DNA of 62,585 nt, counting the filler, from Hausera hauseri (lineage: Eukaryota), in the NCBI GenBank assembly GCA_046269625.1. It is 11 parts of 11 records of this genome, joined end to end, with 100 filler letters (N's around TTAATTAATTAA, not from the genome) between each part and the next. Parts side by side here need not be neighbours in the genome. Positions count along the whole stretch, not along the records: positions 1 to 5,753 come from JBJURY010194526.1; positions 5,854 to 15,127 come from JBJURY010411033.1; 9 more parts are not named here. One strand, 5' to 3'. Shown one piece after another: positions 1 through 10,750 of this stretch. Made by a program: the position numbers and the translations under genes. The notes below the pieces were generated by a model. The model searched no databases, had not been told where the DNA came from, and saw only the letters and a program-made list of their open reading frames with translations. Position 1 is the stretch's first letter; the number at the start of each line of letters is the position of its first letter.

Positions 1-128
1 GTCAATTTACTTCAGATCAACTAAAAGGGAAGATCTTACACCACATACGGACATGTCACAATGACGCAAATAATCCTCAAGTAAGAATCTTATGCAAGTG
101 TAAACGCTTCTTCAAAGGGCACGAAACA
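1..128 (+). repeat. 128-bp direct repeat, second copy at 3218-3345
   Basis: Identical except cctcaa vs ccttaa, which creates a TAA in the second copy. Confidence 0.95.
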
Positions 129-780
129 TTCACACCCACTAAAGATTGCATGAGATTGGACACGGCAAGCCGGAAACTTATAAAAGACTGGAATTTTGAG
201 ATCCTACCGAAATCCAAATACCAAAAACTCATGCTGCTTTTTCTCCGATGCTTCGAACAATTTCACTGTGCGAGAATTTCAACAGACAATATAGAATGTC
301 ACTAGTCAAAATGTCACCACAAGGAGCTCACGCCTGAGTCAAACACACATTGTTTTGGCTGTCAAGAAATTTTTCCATACAAGAATCTCAGTAGTCACTA
401 CAGTCAACATCACAAGCTGACTCAAAGCGCCTCCAAACCTAAACTCGCAAGACTATCCAAATCTAAAGCCTCATCTATTGATTCTCTAGATATTACTATC
501 AAGACCTTACTTGATAGATACCTACCCATTACAGCAATGCTCTTTGATGTTCACACAACATCGGCACTATTAGCGAAAAATGAGGACTTCATTAAACATT
601 CAATTTCATTTTCAGATTTCAGATAAATTGAATATCTCTTCTGCTGAATTGCAACTGCTACTGGACATCGAATGGCCTTCATTGGATCGGTACCAGACGG
701 CACGTGCAACATAATCTATCCAGCAAATTCAGACAATTCCTCACAAGCAAATCTATATGGACATTCTAACTCCAGGCAAT
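1..780 (+). pseudogene. Degenerate multi-zinc-finger ORF (C2H2-like), probably the N-terminal region of a non-LTR retrotransposon; continuation of the frame that breaks off at 3345
   Basis: Translates as QFTSDQLKGKILHHIRTCH..ILCKCKRFFKGHE..CFGCQEIFPYKNLSSHYSQHH with in-frame stops. Bases 1-128 are near-identical to 3218-3345. Confidence 0.55.
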
Positions 781-864
781 TTCATCTCAGTATTTAAATG
801 CATAGGAATATGTCCTTATGATCATGACATTTTTACTATGTATATGGACATTCTAACTCCAGGC
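754..864 (+). repeat. 24-bp perfect direct repeat TATATGGACATTCTAACTCCAGGC (754-777, 841-864)
   Basis: Read directly; 63-bp spacer. Confidence 0.9.
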
Positions 865-929
865 TTTTTCAGAAACTTAAGGCAAGGAGACCAGCTAAAA
901 GCCACTAAGTACTACAGCCAGGCAAACAA

Positions 930-1098
930 CGTAGGAAATGGACGTATGAAGATTGGATGAACATTTTATTTTCAGATGAAGCACTGTTTCATCAGTTTGG
1001 GGACAAAAAATCTAGTTGTTAGACGGCCGCCATGTACCAGATATGACCCTAAATATACCTTGCCTGGAATGAAAAGGATAGGTGGCCAAATGGTTTGG
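930..1098 (+). mobile_element. Tc1-family transposase fragment
   Basis: RRKWTYEDWMNILFSDEALF, then after a frameshift VVRRPPCTRYDPKYTLPGMKRIGGQMVW. This matches the Tc1 'W..ILFSDE...VRRP...P.K.GG..MVWG' region. Confidence 0.75.
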
Positions 1099-2058
1099 AA
1101 AACCAAAGGTGCAGTTCATATGTGTATTGCACATGTACAATACATAACCCTGAGAATTGCCACAATGCCATGAGGAGCTATTATGACCACAAATTCAATA
1201 GGATCCTCTATTATATTTACCCAGCATGTGAGACTGTATGTGATGGAGAATACATACAGTTCTATGAAGATCACAAGCACCATTTGACTGACTTCGCATC
1301 AAAGTCCAAGATCATATTTAATGAGCATAGGCCAATTGCACAGTGCGCAGTACAGCCTGCAGCAGTACAGCCTGTAGTACATCGAGATTCGGGATTAAAA
1401 CGTCCATCAGACCCATCAGATGCCTCAGGCTCAACAGGCGTAGCGGCTCCGCTAAAAAGCCAAAGACAGCGGCCAATTGATGCTGCTGCATTAAAGAAAA
1501 AAGTCCGCAAATATGTCATTTCAAATTTTTCAAAATTTCAAAAAGTTTGTATAAATATTAATTAAACTTTTACATAGAAATGCCACAATCTGAGAAGCAA
1601 ATGTATTCAAAATTAGAAAGTGTGAATGAAAATATATCCTTCGCCATTTCAGAAATCAGTTGAAACCTAGAATAATGGAATCTGGTTTCATAAATAATAA
1701 AAATTATACAGTTTACTTAAAAATATTCAAGCGTTAGAAGTTCAAAGATGTTGATTTTGAATCTCTGTTATAGTTTTATATATTAAATATCTTTATTTTT
1801 ATCACTTTTTTATTTGTTTTTTAAAAATAATCGAATATCTTATCATGATGGCGATGGCAATAAGTAATCCTTCATTTACACATGATGGGTGTCGTAAGGC
1901 GTCGATGACGTTTGTTCAATGTTGAATGACTTTTGCCATTCAAAACTGCCAGATATGTTTCGTCGATTGAAAATTTTCTGCGATTCATGTGCTGACCAGA
2001 AAAAAAATTACTCCGTGTTTTGCTCTATTTATTCATTGGTTCATACAGAAGCACCATA

Positions 2059-2600
2059 CCAGTACCCTCCCTAGAAAGAAAGAAAACGCAAGCAATTGTA
2101 ATCCATCATTGCCATCAGTTGAATGCTCGTCTCACATCGACATCAGCCAACAGCTACAAATTACCCCACTTCCTATATTGAAAAACACTGGTATTCGCCA
2201 AGACGCAATAACAACACGGAGAACAAGAAGTACAAAAATAACATGTCCAAAGCAAAGTTTCCACTTTCTGCTATCACAATAAACGCGAAGCAACACTTAA
2301 GCAAACCACTCGCAGAAAGCTGTTCACAAAACTCGGTGGTACATCTGGATGGTGATCTTCATGTTCACGAGAAAGAATCTGCCACAGTATGTTCCAGCTA
2401 CGACAGATTCTCCTTCAGTAAAAAACACAACACCTATCAAGCCAAAGCGGAACGAAGAACTAACCAGCACCCGTCCGAGAAAGGAAGAAAACGCAAACAA
2501 TTGTAATCCATCATTGCCATCAGTTGATTGCTCGTCTCACATCGACATCAGCCAACAGCTACAAATTACCCCACTTCCTATATTGAAAACACTGGTATTG
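2059..2600 (+). repeat. Internal duplication of about 135 bp (2059-2195 and 2464-2600)
   Basis: Both copies encode NCNPSLPSV(E/D)CSSHIDISQQLQITPLPILK. Confidence 0.9.
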
Positions 2601-3345
2601 CCAAAAAAGGCAACCCTAATCCAGATTACTTCTCGGAAGATGATATCATAGACTACGTAGAAACAGTAGATGTCCCAGTAAACACAATTGTCTGGCACCC
2701 TCAGCTCCTGGCGTTATCTATCGCTTCAACTGCTGATCCATCTTTAGTAATCGACCAAGGTCTTCTCACAAAACTGCGGAAAGCGCATTCTATCTTAGCA
2801 CCAATCCTGCAAAATGATCACTGGATGCTTCTCAGAATTAATAGCATCGAAGGGAAAATTCAACTACTCGACTCGCTCTCGAATGATGGTAATGCTGAGT
2901 TGGACCAATTCCTAGTCTCACTATGCGACACTTTATCGACAATCCTGAACTGCAGTACCTTCACATATGAAAAATACCCGAAAGCGTTGCCAAAACAAAC
3001 AAACAAACAACAGACTGCGGTCCATACGTTTGCGGTTTTATAAAATATCTATGTGAAGAAATATCATTAGATTCGTTTGATCCAGAACAAGTACGACACA
3101 AAGTGGCACTGTTGCAAACTTTAAAAGAACTCCCCAAGCTGCCCGGAGAAGATCAAGGGAACAAATTCTATGCATTCTTCCTCGAGAATTATATGCTCCG
3201 ATGCCTGGAATGGGATTGTCAATTTACTTCAGATCAACTAAAAGGGAAGATCTTACACCACATACGGACATGTCACAATGACGCAAATAATCCTTAAGTA
3301 AGAATCTTATGCAAGTGTAAACGCTTCTTCAAAGGGCACGAAACA
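2600..3345 (+). pseudogene. Ulp1/C48 cysteine protease domain followed by a C2H2 zinc finger; NeSL-like non-LTR retrotransposon relic
   Basis: APILQNDHWMLLRIN (His), IQLLDSL (Asp), PKQTN (oxyanion Gln). After a frameshift at an (AAAC)n run near 2993-3010 comes DCGPYVCGF (Cys), in frame with CLEWDCQF..ILHHIRTCH. The RT is not present on this contig. Confidence 0.7.
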
Positions 3346-3452
3346 GTAATATTGTTGATCAACGAGAATATTCGGCAATATATGAGTATACTCCAAGTAT
3401 CAAATTTTTATAATCATCGATAATCGGATCGGTGGCTCTTCCGTTAAATACA

Positions 3453-4734
3453 CAGTGCGGCAATTAAATTCCGAAACTGAAGCTGTATCTCAGCAACCCG
3501 TAGCGACATCTGTTTAAATATTACGTCATATGAAGTTTGGTCATGTATGAACATAACCTAAAAATGATATTTAAATCGGTTGACATTTTTGATATTTTAT
3601 TTATCAGTTTAATTTGTTGCATGTAGGAAAACAATAATGGAACAACGTGCTGTTATTAAATTTCACCCTAAACTTGGCACAAGTGCCACAGAAACGTTCA
3701 AAATAATGCAAAAAATGTATGGATGTGTGTGTTTGTCGCGGTCAAACTTTTGAGTGGCACAAACGATTTTTGGAAGGCAGACAATCACTGGAGGACGACG
3801 AACGTGTAGGAAGGCCAATAACAATTCGAACAGCAGATTCGATTAAAAATTTCAAGAATTTGTATCCAACGATCGCAATGCGACACTGAGAATAATGGAA
3901 GAGGCATTAAACATTAACAAAGAGACAATACGACAAATTCTTAAAGATTTGGGCAAAACAAAGGTCTGTACTAAATTTGTTCAGCACACACTGACCCAAG
4001 AGCAAAAATTGATGAGACTGGAAAATTCCAGAAATTTTACGAGCAGCAAATAACAGCTCAGCCTTCCTAGAATCAATTGTTACTTGTGACGAGACCTGGT
4101 GTTTTAGATGTGACCCAAAAACAAAATGTCAAAGTGCAGAATGGAAGTCAAAATCATCACCTCAGGCCAAGAAAACACGAAAAGTTCCATCAAAAATCAA
4201 GACGATGTTCATTGTTTCCTTCGATAGCAAAGGCATCATCCACCGTGAGTTCGTCCCACAGGGTCAAACAGTTACTGCAGATGTCTACTTGGGAGTTTTA
4301 AAGCGATTAATGGGAAGAATTCGTCGAATTCGACCAGAATATCGCAATTCTGACGATTGTTTGTTACACAATAACGCACCGAGTCACACATCATTGATTG
4401 TTTGTCAATTTTTGGCACGAAATGAAGTCTGTGTGTTGAATCATTCGCCGTATTCCCCTGATTTAGCACCATGTGACTTCTCTTTATTTCCATAAATTAA
4501 AATGAAGGTGAAAGAACGCATTTTTGATGATATTGAAACCATCCAAAGAGAGTCTACGCGCACAAGAGGAAATACCGAAAATTGAGCTTGAGTAGGCATT
4601 TGAATCAATATTAAATCGCTGTAAAAAGTGTATTGAAGCAGGAGAGTATTTTGAATAATGTAATAAACAGATGTGAATAAAATTGTTTTGTTTCACTTTT
4701 ATAGCTTCAGTCCCGGAATTTAATTGCCGCACTG
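3453..4734 (+). mobile_element. Full-length defective mariner (DD34D) element with 32-bp TIRs
   Basis: Left TIR CAGTGCGGCAATTAAATTCCGAAACTGAAGCT (3453-3484) matches the reverse complement of 4703-4734 with 2 mismatches. TA at 4735-4736; the left flank is CA. Confidence 0.93.
3637..4658 (+). pseudogene. Mariner transposase with frameshifts and stops
   Basis: MEQRAVIKFH start, IVTCDETW, LLHNNAPSH, YSPDLAPCDFSLFP, ends GEYFE*. Confidence 0.92.
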
Positions 4735-5753
4735 TAGTCAAACACCGCAGTGATCGATAAGAGGCAAGATTTCTCTCCTCGAACTGTTCGAACTCGTCGG
4801 TGTTGATGTAAAAACTATGATTGAGTAATTATGGTTATAGTATTGTTGTTATGGCAACTTAAATACTTCCGAATTCGACCAATTAGTTATTTGAATTTTA
4901 ATTTTTTGAAATTATTCACCTAATGTCCGGCGAACTGTGCAACCCATATGACTCATGAGTCATGTCTGAAAATAATCATTAGTACATTAATTAAAAATGT
5001 AATGTAATTCTGATATATTAACATTTGGGATGCAGACGAGCCCAAACTGTTCGATACCACCAGTTTCCTCTGGATTTCCTGGGGGATAATGACGACGATC
5101 GATCAGTTATTCGAAGCGCTAGTTCCAACTGAAAGCCGGTTGTTTCCTGGTTGGAAAATATCTCTGAAAAATACATAGAAATGGACAAAAATTTAGACAG
5201 AGATGGCTTATAAAATTTAAGCCATAACAAAATTGTGTCAAGAAAGATAAATAAATTTATATCTCGACATACAGATATAAATTTCACGAAACAATTATTG
5301 CAAGTGTCCAATAATCAACCACGTCAAATTGTCAAAGGTTTCCAACTTGAGGTGCACACCGGCCGCAAACCTCAGAGGAACAAAAGCGTTGAATTTGTGA
5401 CACAGCAGATTAGTGCCATGTCACATTCATACATGATTCTGATGAAAAGTGTATTTCACCAATGATTTTAGTCTTAAGATCTCTTGGCCCTCGAAAATAA
5501 AATTCGATTTTCAAGGCCGATAATATTCGAATAGAAACATCAAAGTCGGAAAAACTGGGAAAGCATGTAACAGATTGGTTCAATGAAATTTATTTACCAA
5601 ATTTGAAAAGAAATTAATTAAATAATTTGTTTAAATTTTTAATAAATCTATTTTTCCCGACTTCAAAATTTTTGTACTTTTATACAAAACTGTTGAAACC
5701 AACAAATGCTGAGCTAACAAATGGTGTCAGGATCAGGATCTCACAGAAAATTT

Positions 5754-5853
5754 NNNNNNNNNNNNNNNNNNNNNNNNNNNNNNNNNNNNNNNNNNNNTTA
5801 ATTAATTAANNNNNNNNNNNNNNNNNNNNNNNNNNNNNNNNNNNNNNNNNNNN
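5754..5853. other. Artificial contig linker (44 N + TTAATTAATTAA + 44 N); first of ten identical linkers
   Basis: Identical 100-nt blocks at 5754-5853, 15128-15227, 21104-21203, 26646-26745, 31454-31553, 35622-35721, 39837-39936, 45915-46014, 51924-52023 and 56847-56946. TTAATTAATTAA places stops in all six frames. Confidence 0.98.
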
Positions 5854-5905
5854 TTCTAGTCTATCTATGAAATGAGAAGAAACGTCAGATGAAAAAAATG
5901 TACCA

Positions 5906-7551
5906 TTGAGAAAATGTGCAACAATATATTCGAGCGATTCATTTGTGTCAAAACATGAACAGTTACTACATAACGAGAATTTCTATTATGATGAATGTAT
6001 CACAAAGTTACAAAAAGAAAGTGGCGGTAAACAGGCAATTAAAGGAGGGTTAATTGAAGTTATTGGTCCAGCTTTAAGTGAAGAATCATCGAAATCGTAT
6101 TATGCAATGAAAACTATTGAAAAGTCAACGTACGTTCAAAATTCGTTCAATGGATTTTGGAAAGGACAGGATATTTTGGTGAAAAGTAATAGCGATTGGC
6201 TTGTGAAATGTTATTATACCTTTATCGAATTGAAGAAGCTCTACATTGTTATGGAATATACGCCAGAAGGTAATCTATATCGCTGGTTAATAGAAATGGA
6301 TGAACTCAACAGTGAACAAACACATTTCTATGCAATGGAGATGTTAACGGCAGTCGAAACTTTACACAATATGGGCTATTTGCACCGGGAATTAAAACCA
6401 GATAACATGTTATTGGATAGAAATGGGCACTTGGAAGTGACAGATTTTGGAACGCACACCAAGTTGAACAAAGATGGGAAAATCAAGACCAATTTCCAAG
6501 TGGGTATACCAGATTATATTGCTCCAAAAATACTCCGTAAAGCTGAAGTTCAAGATTTGGAAGTTGGTTTTGAAGTCGATTGGTGGGTATATGGTATCGT
6601 TGTATACAAATTGTTCTACGATGAAACACCATTCGAAGATGAATCAACTGCAACACTACAAAAATATCACGTCATCAAAGCACATTGACTTTTTCAGATG
6701 ACAAAGAAACATCAAAAAAATTCATTGAATTACTTGGGAAACTCTTAACAGAACCAAATTTGAGAATAGGCATTAACGATCTAAAGCGTCATTTGTATTT
6801 TACGTCAAGTGGTTCCAAACGGAACTTCATCAACATCCGTAATCAACAGTCACCGATGGTTGTTGATGGTGACAGTGACGATGACACCAAATCTATTGAT
6901 TACGATCTCAATGACAAACGCGACAACATTGGCAATGCATTTGCGTCAAACGAATCTTTCAGCGGAGAAGATCATGCATTCAGTGGATTTGCGTTTAATC
7001 GATCACATACGTATAACGGTTGGTCGAGTGTCACCATAATCAGACAAGCATCGTCGACGTCAACCGAGTTGGAAGTGAAAATATCCGAATTGGAATCATT
7101 CGAACAACAGATAATATCCAAGTTGGAGAAACAGTTCATTTGATTGTCTCAGTGTCAGTTGAAAATCGATTACTTGAAAAATGAGCTTTTGAAAAAAGAA
7201 AAACTTATTAAATCAAAATACTCCAGCGTCAAAGGAATATTGAACTTGAATAAACTGCTAAAAGTTAAAGTCGAAAGTCTCAGTAAATTAATCAAGTTGA
7301 CACAAAGTGAAAAGGACCAGTTTCCTGCTCAATTGAGTGAAAAAGAAAAATCGGTGGTGAGCTTATTATCGGAAATTGAAAAATCACCTTGCCAATCCAT
7401 TTATTTTTATATGTACCTTTTACTAGATGAAAAGAGTCGAGCAGAAGTTGAACTAGGAGTTTTAAAAGCAGTTATCAAACGAATGGCAACCAAAAATAAA
7501 CAAACTGCTAGTCGGATACGAAGTCTGCTATTGGGTAAATCCAAATACTGA
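5906..7551 (+). pseudogene. ROCK: Rho-associated (ROCK/DMPK-family) AGC kinase, intronless decayed copy: kinase domain, hydrophobic motif and start of the coiled coil
   Basis: YYAMKT, LYIVMEYTPEGNL, HRELKPDNMLLDRNGHLEVTDFGT, VGIPDYIAPK, DWW, FSGEDHAFSGFAF, then coiled coil. Gly-rich loop deleted, HRD changed to HRE, frameshift near 6685, stop at 7141-7143. Confidence 0.8.
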
Positions 7552-9311
7552 AATAAATCTGAATGTTAACGGTTCTCTTTAGAAGCACATTTTTTGATTG
7601 CAACGGGTTCCCAATCCCCATAAAAAATTCGCTTTAATCAACATTTCAGCTGAAACGAACAGAAGTCTACCTCTTTTGTCGGGTGGAAATTCCATTTCAA
7701 AACGGGATCGGTGTCATCATGTCCAAATATCGAATCAGAAAAGATGAACCGAGGAGAAAACAATATCAAATAAGACAAAGGTCAATTATTTTGCATTGTT
7801 ATGTATGCCATTGTCTGCCATTCCCACTCCCTACTTTAAATCCCTTTTTTATGATTATTGCATTAAAACTTACAGGGGAAGGTTATATAATTTCTATCTT
7901 GCTGTTTTAAATTATACTAAGTCAAACGTAAGAATAAATTTGTTCTTTCTAAAAAATTTGTCTTTAAAGGAAATTGTAGAAAACATTGAAATAGACATCT
8001 TATATAAAAATTCATAATACCTATATCGCGCCAGACTTGTAATAACAATGTATCAGATAATTGGAAGAATTAAATATAAGACAAGTAACCAATTATCTGT
8101 CGAAAGAGTTTATCCGTTAATTAAACATTACATAAATAAAAGTTTCTCATATTTACATTTAGAAGACAATATGACGAGGTTTGTTATGTTGTCATTAAAT
8201 ATCTTTATCATTCTTTATGGTGGAAAACTTGTGAATATTTGTATTAACGCAACCGAAATAACTGTTTATTATAAAATTACGGTAGAATTCATTTGGAGAA
8301 AACTCAGTGCTAATAAATTAATTAGATTGCGAGTTTTAAATTTTATTCTAGCAAAAGACTATTTATACGAGGACTGTATGTCCAACTTAAACTCAAAACT
8401 TTGAGTCCTTTTCGAGAAGTAAGTTATTTGAATGAATTAAAGTGCATGTCAACGAATTTAACTAGAAAAAAGCGAAAAACAAATGAACTCATCAAAAGGA
8501 GACGTGAAAAATCGATTTCTTTTGTCATGAAGATGTACAGGTGATGTCGTTTATTCCAACGGAATACGAAAGGCTTGTATCATCACCGACGACAAAGTTA
8601 TGTAGAAAAATTGGCAAAAACTCCGGAATCTGTAATTGGAGTATCCATGTAGTTGATACGTATACAGAAAAGTTTTTAAAATTGATGTATAAAACTGAAC
8701 TGATATCGAACAGGATAACTGATATCCGTGGGTCCAGGATCAATGATGTACTGTATCCGATTTCTAACATGAAATTAATCACAAAACGGGATGATAGAGA
8801 ACTATGGGAAATAAATAGTCCTTTTGAATCTACTATTAATAAAAGCTCGAAAGGTTCTCAGTTAACACCGTATTTGAGTTCAAACATATACGAATCTTCA
8901 AATGACTACCTGGACATGTTATCAGAAGAATTCGACGAGTTTACGGATGAAACTAATGAAAAGGAATGAAATTTGCAGGCAGAATGTTCCGTGGGACCTG
9001 TAAAGGATGAGTTGATGAACAGATCCCTAAATAATGAAGTTCAAAACAATACCCAAAATTTGTCAAAACAGTTCAAGATGATAGGGGAAGAGTTATTAAA
9101 TGGTTAAAGGGAGAAAAACAAAAAACATCAGATATTAACTCGAGAAATGCAGAAATTGAAATATGGAAAGATCCAAGAATAGCGAGAAAAGAATTCGACA
9201 ATAATACAAACTATGATGAGAAAGACAATAAGGATAAAATAAACAAAATAATGGAAAGGAGAAGGATAGAATTAAAGAAGGAAAAAATAGAGTTTGAAAA
9301 ACCACAATTAA

Positions 9312-9530
9312 AACAAATCACTGAGAGTAAACCAAAACCTACCAATCGTTGTTGTAGTTGACGGAATAGAAACAGTCGCTGTGGTAAAAAGAAAAATATC
9401 AGAAAGATGTTATATGAAAATAGAAGATTCTGTACTCATCTATAAAAATAGAAAGTGGAATGATGATAAAATAATACAAAAGATCCCACATGGGGCGACA
9501 ATAAATCTCCATTGCGGATTGAAAGGAGGA
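9312..9530 (+). other. Ubiquitin/FUBI-like domain ending in LKGG, in frame with BEL/Pao Gag
   Basis: SLRVNQNLPIVVVVDGIETVAVVKRKISERCYMKIEDSVLIYKNRKWNDDKIIQKIPHGATINLHCGLKGG aligns by eye along the whole ubiquitin fold. Confidence 0.65.
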
Positions 9531-10591
9531 AGCATAAATGAAAACGAAGATTTCGAGAGCCGATTATTAGCCAAAGGTGGGCTAAAATGCGAATTGATAG
9601 TTCAAAGAAAATCGCTTATGAATAGCCGATTGACCGAAGAGGAATTTCAATGTCAGAACAATAAATACGACGAAATCTTCAAGAATTTATCCATGGAGAT
9701 CAGCGCGCTGAAATTACTCGCCAGGAAGCTGAAGAAAAAACAAGAACTAGCAGAATTAATCGAGGAGTTAAAGAATATTGAAATACAAAACGAAGAAATA
9801 ATAAAGATGATACAAATGAAAGGTCTTTTAACGTTTGAAGACAAATCCAACTTGAAAACTCAAAGTGAGTATCTGGCACCGAAATTAAAGCGGGTCGAGC
9901 TTCCGAAATTCGGCGGGAATGTCGCAGAATTTGAGAAATGGCGACAAATATTCAAAACATGCGTGGACAAGACTTCGCTTTCTAGTATAGATAAACAGAT
10001 CCAATTAGAAAATTGTCTATATGGAGAGGCGAAACGTTTAGTTCAAAGCTATGATCTTTCCGAAGATTCCTACAAAGCAGCAATCGAAAAATTGGAACGA
10101 TATTATGGAGGAAATCAAAAAAACTATGCTTCCCTCATGTCAGAAATCATGGAATTTCAGAAAATAAGTGTACACAATATCAAAGAACTGGATTCCTTTT
10201 CTACATTGTTGGATTCGGTCATCGTAAGGCTAAAACACTTCGACCGTGAAGTAGAGTTAGAAGGCGGTCTATTGTATCAAAACTTAATCCAGAAGTTACC
10301 CGAAATTATGGTGCTAACATGGGAAAGATATCGCGAAGATAAGGACAAAAAACGAAACGTACAAGAAAAGAAGAAGAGTTAAAACGCATTGCTGCAAAAG
10401 GAGTCTATGCAATAAATGTCCCGAGGCCAAACCAAAATAGACACCTTGAGCGACCAGTGAAGAATTCGTTTTTTACTAATAAAAAAGAAGAAAACAGAAA
10501 GACAACAGACAAAACTGGGATTGACACTAAAGAAAAAATAAACGAGATAAATGATAGTTATTGGAAACATAAAAGGAATCAGCAACGTCTT

Positions 10592-10750
10592 TGTAAATAT
10601 TTTCTAGCTGGTAATTGCCAATTTGGTGAATCATGCAGGTTTCGGCACGAGAAGGAAGATCTAAATAGTTATAAGAATATTAATCAAAAATCCTGTATAT
10701 ATTTTCAAAGCGGGAACTGTAGGTACGGAAAAGACTGTCGGTTTAAACAT
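10592..10750 (+). other. Two tandem CCCH (C-x7-C-x5-C-x3-H) zinc fingers between Gag and protease
   Basis: CKYFLAGNCQFGESCRFRH and CIYFQSGNCRYGKDCRFKH, in the same ORF as the protease motif LLDDAS. Confidence 0.88.

Noticed and set aside
1095-1565. 156-aa ORF as a real gene
   Set aside because: No recognisable motif; it begins inside a Tc1 relic.
5906-6688. Functional pseudokinase
   Set aside because: The frameshift, stop and scattered substitutions fit neutral decay better.
2600-9530. Ulp1 protease and Ubl-Gag as a cognate protease/substrate system
   Set aside because: They are on different contigs separated by an artificial linker and belong to different element classes; there is no evidence of linkage.
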